NCBI GenBank assembly: GCA_019057795.1
Contig: JAHLWS010000021.1
Span: 40,260-104,259, forward strand
Length of the DNA stretch: 64,000 nucleotides
Direction: 5' to 3'
Origin: Promethearchaeota archaeon
GTDB taxonomy: Archaea; Asgardarchaeota; Lokiarchaeia; Sigyniarchaeales; SOKP01
Shown: positions 29,366 to 39,132 of the stretch, piece by piece
Layout of the letters: each line of letters starts with the position of its first letter
How positions within the stretch are numbered: the stretch's first letter is position 1
Made by a program: the position numbers and the translations under genes
Notes under the pieces: model-generated
Databases searched by the model: none
Told to the model about the DNA's origin: nothing
Seen by the model: only the letters and a program-made list of their open reading frames with translations

Positions 29366-32254
29366 ATGTATAAACCCCAAGAAATCGAAAAGAAATGGCA
29401 GGAAAAATGGGAACAAGCTAAAATTTTCGAAGCAAACCCAAATCCGGAGAAAAAGAAGCTTTTTATAACGTCTCCTTACCCATATGCTTCTGGACCTTCA
29501 CATATAGGCCATGGAAGGAGTTTTGTAAATGGAGATATATTTGCCAGGTATTATCGAGCTAAAGGCTATAATGTACTATATCCTATGGCTTTTCACATTA
29601 CAGGTACTCCTGTTTTAGCAATCTCTTCTTCTATTGAAAGAAAGGATAAAGAGACTATAGAAAGAATGAAGGACTATGTATCTTTACACACTAAAAGTCA
29701 AGAAAAGGTAGAGAAGATTGTAGAAAGTTTTGTAGATCCTTGGAATATTGTTAACTATTTTTCTAAAACAATAAAAACCGATTTTAAATCGATAGGAATG
29801 AGTTTAGATTGGAGAAGGGAATTTACTACGGGTGACAAGTTATATAACAAGCTGATTGAGTGGCAATATTACAAATTATCTGAGTTAGGGTACTTGGAAA
29901 AAGGCGAATATCCCATTCTTTATTGTATGCGATGCGAAAATGCTGTAGGAGAGGACGATATAGCAAGTGGAGACGAACTTGATTTGAACATAAACGAATA
30001 CATTTGTATAAAATTTCCGTTTGAAGACGCTTATTTAGTACCTTCTACCTTAAGACCAGAAACGATATATGGTGCGACTAATCTATGGATAAACCCAAAT
30101 GGGGCGTATGTTTACGCTAAAGTCAACGGAGAGAAGTGGATTATTTCTGAAGATGCAACCAATCTTTTAAAAAATCAAAATAAAAACGTTACCATACTTG
30201 AAAAAATTAGGGGAATGGAACTTATTGGTAAAAAGGTTAAGGATGTAGATGGAATCAGAGAGCTTTTAATATTACCAGGATATTTCGTAGATACTTCAGT
30301 AGCTACGGGCGTGGTCTACTCTGTGCCAGCTCATGCTCCCTATGACTACATCGCTTTAATTGATTTACAGAATAATCGTGAAATAATTAAAAAATTTAAA
30401 TTAAACAAAGAAGAAATTAGTCAAATTAAGCCAATTCAAATTATAGATTTAGAAGGCTTCGATGAGATTCCAGCAAAAATTTACTGTGAAAAATTTGGAG
30501 TTCAATCTCAAGAAGATGTAGAGAAATTAGATAACGCAACTTCCGAAAATTATAAAACTGAATATTATAACGGCACTTTAAATGAGAAATGTGGAAAATA
30601 CGAAGGAAAACAGGTAAAAGAAGCAGTAGAGAATGTTATTGTGGATTTAATTGAGAGAAATAAGGCAGACAAATTCTACCTTCCAATTACTAATAATCTT
30701 AAATGCAAGTGTGGAGAGCAGGTGATCGTCTCAATTATGAAAGATCAATGGTTTCTAAATTTCAATGCGGGAAATTGGAAGCAGAAAGCATTTGAGTGCC
30801 TAAATAAAATGGAAATTGCCCCTAAAAAATATAGAATGAATTTTGAACATATATTTAATTGGTTGGAAAAGAGACCTTGTGCTAGAAAAAGAGGTTTAGG
30901 CACGAAACTTCCATTTGATAAAGATTGGATTATTGAATCTTTAAGCGACTCTACAATATACATGAGCTTCTATACTATATTACATTTAATAAAAAAGAAT
31001 AACATCAAACCAGAACAGCTTACACCAGAATTTTTTGACTATGTTTACTTAGATAAAGGTGATATCGAAGACTTGTCAAAAAAGACTAGCGTTGATTCGA
31101 AAGTATTGAAGCAAATGCAAGACGAATTTTCCTATTGGTATCCCGTTGATCATCGACACACAGCTATAATGCACATATCTAATCATTTGAGTTTCTATAT
31201 TTTCCATCATGTGGCTATATTTCCAGAAAAACAGTGGCCAAGAATTATTTCCCTTATTGAACCCGTAATTATAGAAGGTCAGAAAATGGGTAAGTCAAAA
31301 GGAAACGTTATTTCATTGGCAGATATTCAAATGAATTACTCCGCGGATTTATTTAGGTTTTATATATCCCATAGCGCAGATTTTGGAATAATCGTAGATT
31401 GGAGGGAAAAACAGATACATACCGTAAAAAATCATATTAATCGATTTTACTCCTTTATCACAAAAAATATCAACAGAATAAGTGATTTTGACGGTAAAAT
31501 TGAAGATTTAAGCACAAAATATTCAAAAATTATCTTATCAAAGTGTATAAGAAAAATAATCGAAGCAGAAAGTGGATTGAAGGAACTCAATTTAAGGAAA
31601 TACCTTCAATTATCATTTTACGAGGTTTTTAACTTATTACAAGAACTTAATAAGTACTCTAAAGATGAAAACGATCAAACGGAAGTATATAAGATTGTAT
31701 TTCCTGAATGGATCCAAATTCTTTCTTTAGCCATGCCTCACTTATGTGAAGAACTATGGGAATTAATGGGAAATACAGAGTTTTTATCAAAGACAGTTTG
31801 GGGTGATTTTAGCAGAAAGCATATAAATAACGAGCTCGAAAAAGAGTTTGAATATATTTCTAGCATTGTGGACGATATTTTAAACATAAAAAAAATAGTG
31901 AAATCTGGCGATTCAAGTAATATTTATTTATACACGGCTCCTAAATGGAAATATGAGGTTTATGATGTAATTATTTTAAAGAAGGGAAATTTCAATGACA
32001 TTATTGATGAGTGTAAGCTCGATAGTGGCTTAATGAAAAACAAAAATTTGATTTCATTTGTTAAAAACCAAATAAAAGATAGAATCTGGGAAAAAGAATT
32101 AATAAGATTAGATGAGAAGGAGTTAATAAAAGAATATAAAGGCTACATTGAAAAAAGGATAAACAATGTAATAATTATTAATTCAGAGTACGATCCGAAA
32201 AACCGCTTAATAAAAACTATTCCATATAGGCCAGCAATTTATGTAGAAATCTAA
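29366..32254 (+). CDS. leuS: Leucine--tRNA ligase (archaeal/eukaryotic type)
   Basis: PYPYASGPSHIGH (HIGH motif), STLRPET editing domain, GVVYSVPAHAPYD, IESLSDSTIY, KMGKS. ATG 29366 (MYKPQEIEKKWQ). Confidence 0.96.
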   Translation: MYKPQEIEKKWQEKWEQAKIFEANPNPEKKKLFITSPYPYASGPSHIGHGRSFVNGDIFARYYRAKGYNVLYPMAFHITGTPVLAISSSIERKDKETIERMKDYVSLHTKSQEKVEKIVESFVDPWNIVNYFSKTIKTDFKSIGMSLDWRREFTTGDKLYNKLIEWQYYKLSELGYLEKGEYPILYCMRCENAVGEDDIASGDELDLNINEYICIKFPFEDAYLVPSTLRPETIYGATNLWINPNGAYVYAKVNGEKWIISEDATNLLKNQNKNVTILEKIRGMELIGKKVKDVDGIRELLILPGYFVDTSVATGVVYSVPAHAPYDYIALIDLQNNREIIKKFKLNKEEISQIKPIQIIDLEGFDEIPAKIYCEKFGVQSQEDVEKLDNATSENYKTEYYNGTLNEKCGKYEGKQVKEAVENVIVDLIERNKADKFYLPITNNLKCKCGEQVIVSIMKDQWFLNFNAGNWKQKAFECLNKMEIAPKKYRMNFEHIFNWLEKRPCARKRGLGTKLPFDKDWIIESLSDSTIYMSFYTILHLIKKNNIKPEQLTPEFFDYVYLDKGDIEDLSKKTSVDSKVLKQMQDEFSYWYPVDHRHTAIMHISNHLSFYIFHHVAIFPEKQWPRIISLIEPVIIEGQKMGKSKGNVISLADIQMNYSADLFRFYISHSADFGIIVDWREKQIHTVKNHINRFYSFITKNINRISDFDGKIEDLSTKYSKIILSKCIRKIIEAESGLKELNLRKYLQLSFYEVFNLLQELNKYSKDENDQTEVYKIVFPEWIQILSLAMPHLCEELWELMGNTEFLSKTVWGDFSRKHINNELEKEFEYISSIVDDILNIKKIVKSGDSSNIYLYTAPKWKYEVYDVIILKKGNFNDIIDECKLDSGLMKNKNLISFVKNQIKDRIWEKELIRLDEKELIKEYKGYIEKRINNVIIINSEYDPKNRLIKTIPYRPAIYVEI

Positions 32255-32269
32255 TATTGAGTTATTATT

Positions 32270-33178
32270 TTATTTTTCTTCCAAGCCATATACTTGCCTT
32301 GGAGTAAGATATTTAGGAAATTTATCTATTAAGGCTAAGCGTGTGAGAAAGCATAGATGACATTCATCTACATAAGTATCTTTATGCTTAACTTCATATT
32401 CTTTTACTAACTGAGCAGGACCTCCTCGAATTAAAGGACTACATATTGGATGAGATTCTGCATGATAATTTTTTATCAATTCTGAAAGAGGGTTTTCCCA
32501 AAAATTACCTATACTTAAACCTTGACAAATTTGGGCGTTACCAAATGGATCAACATGTATTCTTCCAAGACCCTCTAAATCTTCATAAGGGCATTCAACC
32601 ATTTCATTCCACGATCTTTGAGGTAAATTTTCAGTCAAAGTTTCAACAGCTCTTCCTCTGAACATAGCACCACCCCCTATTATTTGTTTTCCTTTTTCGT
32701 GCTCTTTTTCATTTCCTATCTCAACTGTAGGTTCATTGATACTGATTGAAGATGTTGGAATGTTTAATTTATCTGCTGTGCTTCTTGCTACTTTGGATAA
32801 GTTATCATCTTTATTTTCAAAATGAAATTCATCGTCACTTACAGTAAAATCCTTTACGCCTAAATCAGTAAGGGATTTAAGCCACACTTCTGCATCCTCA
32901 GTACAAGTTGCCCAATAAGAATTAGTTACAATTCCAATTTTAAATCCTTTTTTATTAGCGAGTTTAATCCCTTCAAGCATTATAGGATAAAACAAAAAAG
33001 GCTCTCCACCTTCAAAATAAATCCATTCTATTGTTCCAATTTTAACAGCTTCATCAAGAACTGCTCTAATTTGCTCTAAAATGAAAGTTCCTTTCGAATG
33101 AGGGCTACAATACAAAAAACAATGATCACATTCATAATTACATGTATAAGTTAGGAGAAAGTGAATACCATTTAGCAT
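32270..33178 (-). CDS. Radical SAM protein
   Basis: CNYECDHC, FEGGEPF, VTN; additional C-terminal cysteines. Confidence 0.88.
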   Translation of the reverse strand: MLNGIHFLLTYTCNYECDHCFLYCSPHSKGTFILEQIRAVLDEAVKIGTIEWIYFEGGEPFLFYPIMLEGIKLANKKGFKIGIVTNSYWATCTEDAEVWLKSLTDLGVKDFTVSDDEFHFENKDDNLSKVARSTADKLNIPTSSISINEPTVEIGNEKEHEKGKQIIGGGAMFRGRAVETLTENLPQRSWNEMVECPYEDLEGLGRIHVDPFGNAQICQGLSIGNFWENPLSELIKNYHAESHPICSPLIRGGPAQLVKEYEVKHKDTYVDECHLCFLTRLALIDKFPKYLTPRQVYGLEEK

Positions 33179-33298
33179 GCTAGTTTCCCTTTGATTAAGA
33201 TTTTGAGTATATATCCAATTTAACTTAGTATTAAAATAAAGTTAATTAATAAAAATACATTTGATTCTATAAAATTTTATAAAGTAAAGTGAAGATTA

Positions 33299-34645
33299 AT
33301 GGCAGATCTAGTAAGTATGTATGAAAAATATTTTAAAGACCCAAAACGGGAACCCGTCTTAGTTGATTACGTGCGAACGCCAATAGGGCGGAGAAAAGGT
33401 ACTGTAGGCCGTCATAGAGGCGATGATTTAGTTGTACATTGTTATCATACCATTCTAAATCGTAATGATTTTGACGTAAATATAATTGGGGATTCTATTA
33501 TATCTTGCAATAGTCAAATTGGAGATTGCGCCCTGGATATTGGAAGAACTGCTGCTTTAGCAGCTCATTTACCCGTAAAAGTACCTGGAATGACAATCAA
33601 TCGTCAATGTGCTAGCGGTGCTCAATCAGTTATGTCTGCTTGGCAGGCAATTGCTTCAGGGATACACGATTGCGTTATTTGTGGAGGTGTTGAGGTGCAA
33701 AACCGATATCCAATTATGTCTGACGCTATTATTTTTGATAAGGAACAAAATAAAACAGTAATGATAGCGCCAAATAAGAAGATTTTAACTAACCCCGAAG
33801 TAGCAGAGAAGTTAAAAGAATATAGAACTTCATTTGCGGGTCAGATTAATTCTGCCCACGATTTAGGATTCCATTGGATGAAAAAATCTGGAAAAACTTT
33901 GGAAGAATTTAGACTTGAATTAGACGCTCTATCTTTTGCCTCACATCAAAAAGCTCTTACTACTTGGGATGAAAGAGGAAAAGAAATTGAACCGATTTGG
34001 TGTCCCAAGCTTGATGAAAATGGAAAACCCATATTAGACGAAAAAAACGAAGTTGCTAAAGATCCAAGTTTATCTGTATTGACCGAGAAAGACGAAGCGC
34101 CACGCCCAAATTCCACCATGGAAAAATTAGCAACTCTAAGAACGATAATCGGAAGAAAAAGCAAAGCCTTTTTAACCGCAGGTAATAGTTGCCCAACTAG
34201 CGATGGTGCGGCAGTACAACTGTGGATGACGCGTGAATTAGCCGAAGAATTTGGATTAAATATTAGGGCTACAATCGTAAATTATTTTGTGCTTGGAACC
34301 GATCCTATTTTACAACTAACAGGACCAATAGATGCCATGCCTGAAGTTTTGAAAAGAGCAAACCTGACCTTTGGCGATATGAGTTTTATAGAAATCAACG
34401 AAGCCTTTAGTCCTGTAATTTATGCAAGTTGTTACGAACTAGGGCTAGATTGGAAAGACTCTCGATTTAATCCCTGGGGTGGCGCGATTGCGTTAGGACA
34501 TCCTACAGGAGCAACGGGTACAAGATTAATTGGTACAAATATTCATCAATTAGAGCAGTCTGGAAAAGAATTTGCCATAAGTTCAATGTGTGTTGGTCTC
34601 GGAATGGGTGCCGCAACCATCGTAAGAAATGAGCATCCTAAATAA
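33299..34645 (+). CDS. Thiolase (acetyl-CoA C-acyltransferase)
   Basis: TINRQCASG, EINEAF, GGAIALGHPTGATG, SMCVGLGMG. Confidence 0.93.
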   Translation: MADLVSMYEKYFKDPKREPVLVDYVRTPIGRRKGTVGRHRGDDLVVHCYHTILNRNDFDVNIIGDSIISCNSQIGDCALDIGRTAALAAHLPVKVPGMTINRQCASGAQSVMSAWQAIASGIHDCVICGGVEVQNRYPIMSDAIIFDKEQNKTVMIAPNKKILTNPEVAEKLKEYRTSFAGQINSAHDLGFHWMKKSGKTLEEFRLELDALSFASHQKALTTWDERGKEIEPIWCPKLDENGKPILDEKNEVAKDPSLSVLTEKDEAPRPNSTMEKLATLRTIIGRKSKAFLTAGNSCPTSDGAAVQLWMTRELAEEFGLNIRATIVNYFVLGTDPILQLTGPIDAMPEVLKRANLTFGDMSFIEINEAFSPVIYASCYELGLDWKDSRFNPWGGAIALGHPTGATGTRLIGTNIHQLEQSGKEFAISSMCVGLGMGAATIVRNEHPK

Positions 34646-34731
34646 AAATTCCTATTGCTCTTTTTTTTTATTTTTTATATTTTATAAATAAATTTCACTA
34701 GTATTAAGAAAAACAAAAAAAATAATCGGCC

Positions 34732-37028
34732 TTAATCTTGGGTTATTGGTAGAGTAAAGTAGAATGTCGAACCTTGGTTTCTCCCTTCCGATTCTACCCA
34801 GATCTCTCCCCCGTGGAGTTCTACGATCTTTTTTGAGATAAATAAGCCTAATCCCGTTCCGTCAGGAATAACTTGCAAGTTTTGACCGAATCGTTTAATT
34901 TTACCAAACTGTTTAAAAACCATCTGTATTTCTTCTCTTGCGAAACCAATTCCGTTATCTTTTATCGAAGTTAATATTAAATTGTTTTTAATATTAGAAT
35001 TGATTTCAATTTTCCCATTCGGTGGAGTATATTTAATAGCGTTGTTTAAAAGGTTACTCACAACTTTATGAATTTGCTCTCGTTCAAAATTTGTTATAAG
35101 GTTTGGTTCTACATCTAATTCAATTTGGTGTTTTCTTAAATCAGCAAAACCTTGAACTTCTTTTACACAAACATTAATTAGGTTGGAAAGGTTGTCATTT
35201 TTTGATTTTATCTTTGTGTATCCTGATTCTAATTCTGCAGCTTTTAAAATATCTCCTATAAGTTTTTGCAATCTATCTGCGCCATTCTTGATTGCCGTTA
35301 TCTTTGATATTGAGTAGTCATCTAATTTGCTTCTATGATAAGTCAGCAATAGATCAGAAAATCCTTTAATAGATTGTAAAGGTGTCTTTAATTCATGAGA
35401 TGTTCTTACAAACAATTCAGATTTTAATTTGTTAAGTTTTATTAGTTCTTCTTCAGATTCTTTCAAATTTTTCTCTGCTTGTTTAATATCTGTTATTTCC
35501 CTTGCTACAACCAAGAGCTTTTTCTTTTCTAAATCGACGCTAAAGAACTTTGCCGTGATCTGAAACCACAGATAGTGGCCTTTTTGATGTTTGAACCTAA
35601 TTTGATATCTATAATTCCCCTCTTCAATCCCCTTCTTAACGATGTTATTAAAAGGAATTATATCATCCTTATGTGTAATAATCATTTTAAACGTCAATTT
35701 TAAGAACTTCTTCGCAGGATATCCCAAAACTCTAGAATGGCTTTCAGCATTTATATATATCATTCTAAATTTCTCGTCATAGAGAGAAATTAAATCATCA
35801 GAATTTTCCGAAAGTATTCTATATGTTTCCTCCGATTCTTTTAATTTTATCTCTTTATTCTTACGTTCGGTAATGTCTATGAGGATCCCTCTGATCCCAA
35901 TAGGTTTTTCATCATATATCATAGGTAGAGAATAAACTAAAACAGGAAATATATCTCCGTTTTTTTTTGTGCCAGATATTCTACTCCACCTAAATTTTCC
36001 CCTTTTAAATTTCTTGAAATATTTATTAATGCTCTCCTTCTATCTGCAGGAATAAGTAACTGGAGAGAATTAATACCCTTTTCAATGTCTTCTGGACTAT
36101 ATCCAAAAAGTTCAAAACCTTTCTCGTTCACAAAGCTAAGATTTCCGAGCGCGTCTGTTTCAAATACAACTAAAGGTAACATCTTGACGAACTCTTGGAA
36201 TATTTTCTCCCTATTGATTAATTCTTTTTCTATTGTTTTTATTTTCGTGATATCTAAAGCTGTAAATGTGGTCCCTAATGAGGGAATCTTAGGATCAACT
36301 AAGGCAGAACTAAGTAAAACTTGTATGATCTTCCCATCTTTTCTCCGAAACCGCGTTTCAACGGTTCCAATCCCGTATTTACTAATTTGGTCGTATTTTT
36401 CTTTTCCTACATACTCGTATTCTTCATCTGTAGGATATACAATTCTAGCACTTTTGTTTATTAATTCCTCCCTATTGTAACCTACAAGATCGCAGAAAAA
36501 ATCGTTTACATTAACAAAGTTACGATTAACAACCATTCCAATTCCAATTGGTGCCGTTTTACATAAATTCTCTAATAAGGCTAGTTGTATCAACAAGTTT
36601 TGTTCTTCGTTCTTTTTAAAAGTATCATTTTTAAGATTACTTTTGTTAACCGAAGAGTTAGCTGTAAAATATTGAACAATCGTGTCAGGAGCTACAAGTT
36701 TAAAAGAAATATTATAAGAAATTCCATTATTTACAATTGGTTTACTCTCGTTTGCGGTTAAATTAAATTTATGGTTATTTAAAGCACACTCCTGCATCGC
36801 CTTTAAAATCTGAGAATTATTTTTATATATTTCTGAGGCTTTCCTTCCAAGATATTCTTTAATTTTTCCTCCACTAATTCTAGAACTCTCTTCGTTACTA
36901 TTTACAAGCGTGAAAGAATTATTCATTTTTTTCCAAAGTAAAGCGGGTATCGGGATGCTCTTCAATAACATCGAAAATCTCTTTTCAATATCATCAATCT
37001 TTGATTTAAATTCCATGTTTAACCCCAA
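34732..37028 (-). pseudogene. Multi-PAS sensor histidine kinase split by an apparent frameshift at an A9 run (35960-35968)
   Basis: ORF 35937-37028 (PAS domains) and ORF 34732-35922 (PAS, SHELKTPL, NLLNNAIKY, DNGIG, GTGLGL) join with one extra A: ..LAQKKNGDIFPVLVYSLPMIYDEKPIGIRG.., which restores a PAC motif. Confidence 0.8.
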
Positions 37029-37206
37029 TAATTAAAAAAAAAATGAATTATTTATAATAATATAATAAATTTTTAATTTAACTATTTGTTAATTGTATAT
37101 AGTACGAGTCGCCCTCAAATATAAGATTCACTCTTCCTCATTTAAATATTATCGTATTTTCGGAGGATAACTAATTAATAAACAAAATAATACATAATAT
37201 AGGGGT

Positions 37207-38436
37207 TTGATTATGGAAAAAGTAGCTATAATTGGAGTCGGTCATACCAAATTTGGAAAGTTGGAAAATAAAGGGTTATTAGATTTACTCTCTGAAGCTT
37301 CTTTAGAAGCGATTTCTGATTCAAAGACCAATGATAATGATTTTGGTGCGGTTTATGTGGGAACAATGAGTCCTGCTGCATTTAATAATCTATCAGGAGT
37401 TGCAAGTGCTTTAGTAGATAAAATTAGCCTAATTCCTGCTGCAGCCGACCATATAAAGAACGGTCCTGCGAGTGGAGGTTCTGCTGTAAAAGCTGGTTTT
37501 CAAACAATTGCTTCTGGTATGAGCGATTTAGTTTTAGTCGTTGGGGGTGAGAAGATGACGCACATTACTACTCCAGGAGCAATAACTTCTAATGTAGCAA
37601 CTATAACTCATCACGAAGCAGAAAGACCTCATGGCGTATCTTTACCATCTTTTGCTGGTTTATTAACGCGAGCATATTTAGAAAAATATAACGCTAAATT
37701 GGAATGGCTTTCAGATATCGCAATTAAGAACCATAAAAATGGTGCTTTAAACCCTGTAGCACATTTTCAAAAAACTATAGACGAGTTCATGGAGAGTGCT
37801 ATTCGAAAAGGAAAGGGAAATTGGGATAATATTTATGATTATCTTAAGGACGATAAGACAAATCCAATTATCGCTGATCCGTTAAGACTTTTTCATATTT
37901 GCCCTATTTCCGATGGAGCAGCTGCCTTAGTATTATGTAAAGCAGAAATTGCAAAACAATATTGCGACACACCTATTTTGATTACTGGTATAGGTCAAGC
38001 AACTGATACTCACATAGTTCACGAAAGAGAAGACCTTACCGTATTGAAAGCGTTGAGAATTTGCTCTGATCAAGCATATAAAATGGCTAAAAAATCTCCA
38101 GAAGATATTGATGTTGCTGAACTTCACGACGCTTTTGAAATACTAGAGGCTGTAGAAAGCGAAGACATTGGTTTTTTTAAGAAAGGTGAAGGCGCTAAAG
38201 CAGCTCACGAAGGCTTGACTGAGATTGGAGGAAAAATCCCTATAAATCCTTCTGGTGGCTTAAAAGCAAGAGGGCACCCACTTGGTGCTACTGGGGTTGC
38301 ACAAGTGGTCGAATTGGTTTGGCAACTGCGGGGTGAAGCGGGAAAAAGACAAGTCGCAGGTGCGGAAACTGGGATTACGTGTAATTTCGGGGGATTTGGA
38401 AATAACATAATCTCTATTTTGGTTGAAAGAATGTAA
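37207..38436 (+). CDS. Archaeal/SCP-x type thiolase-domain protein
   Basis: VAIIGVGHTKFG, CPISDGAAA, AELHDAF, INPSGGLKARGHPLGATG. Confidence 0.9.
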   Translation: MIMEKVAIIGVGHTKFGKLENKGLLDLLSEASLEAISDSKTNDNDFGAVYVGTMSPAAFNNLSGVASALVDKISLIPAAADHIKNGPASGGSAVKAGFQTIASGMSDLVLVVGGEKMTHITTPGAITSNVATITHHEAERPHGVSLPSFAGLLTRAYLEKYNAKLEWLSDIAIKNHKNGALNPVAHFQKTIDEFMESAIRKGKGNWDNIYDYLKDDKTNPIIADPLRLFHICPISDGAAALVLCKAEIAKQYCDTPILITGIGQATDTHIVHEREDLTVLKALRICSDQAYKMAKKSPEDIDVAELHDAFEILEAVESEDIGFFKKGEGAKAAHEGLTEIGGKIPINPSGGLKARGHPLGATGVAQVVELVWQLRGEAGKRQVAGAETGITCNFGGFGNNIISILVERM

Positions 38437-38544
38437 TCAAAAGGAATATTTATAGTGATATTTAATTTTGTATTCATAGAGCCTAAAATTTTAAATTAAA
38501 ATAAATCTAATCTTAATTAATAATTTGAAAACCTACTCGAAAAA

Positions 38545-39102
38545 TTGATGACAGATTCTGAAAAATTCACATTTAAGGTTATTGTTATAGGGGATGGTAC
38601 CGTAGGAAAAACTTCCTTGATTAAGAAATTCACGAAGGGTTCATTTCGAAAAGAATATATTAAAACTATAGGTGCTCAATTTTCTAAGTTCGATACAGAA
38701 ATTAGTGGAGATTTTATTAAATTAGTATTTTGGGATATAGCTGGCCAAGATGATTTCATTTTTTTACATCCTTCTTTTTATAGAGAAAGTAGAGCAGCTA
38801 TTATTGTGTATAGTCTCGAAGAAAATAATTTTGGTAAACGAAGCTTTGATCATATTACAGATTGGCATGAAGGTATAAAAAAATACTGCGGAGATATTCC
38901 TATTGTTGCGTTTGCGAATAAGGTTGATTTAATTGAGGAAAACAATTTGGATAAAATGAACATTCAAGAGGTTGTAAAAGAAAGAGATTTTCTCGGATAT
39001 TTCTTAACATCAGCAAAAACAGGGCAGGGAGTTCACGAGGCTTTCAATGTTATCATTAATGAACTATATTATAAATTCAAGGCTTTACCTTCAGAATTAT
39101 AA
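38545..39102 (+). CDS. Rab/Ras-like small GTPase
   Basis: G1 GDGTVGKTS, G2 YIKTIG, G3 WDIAGQ, G4 NKVD, G5 TSAKTG. Confidence 0.93.
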   Translation: MMTDSEKFTFKVIVIGDGTVGKTSLIKKFTKGSFRKEYIKTIGAQFSKFDTEISGDFIKLVFWDIAGQDDFIFLHPSFYRESRAAIIVYSLEENNFGKRSFDHITDWHEGIKKYCGDIPIVAFANKVDLIEENNLDKMNIQEVVKERDFLGYFLTSAKTGQGVHEAFNVIINELYYKFKALPSEL

Positions 39103-39132
39103 TTTTTTTATTAATTATTAAATAAAGTGAGT

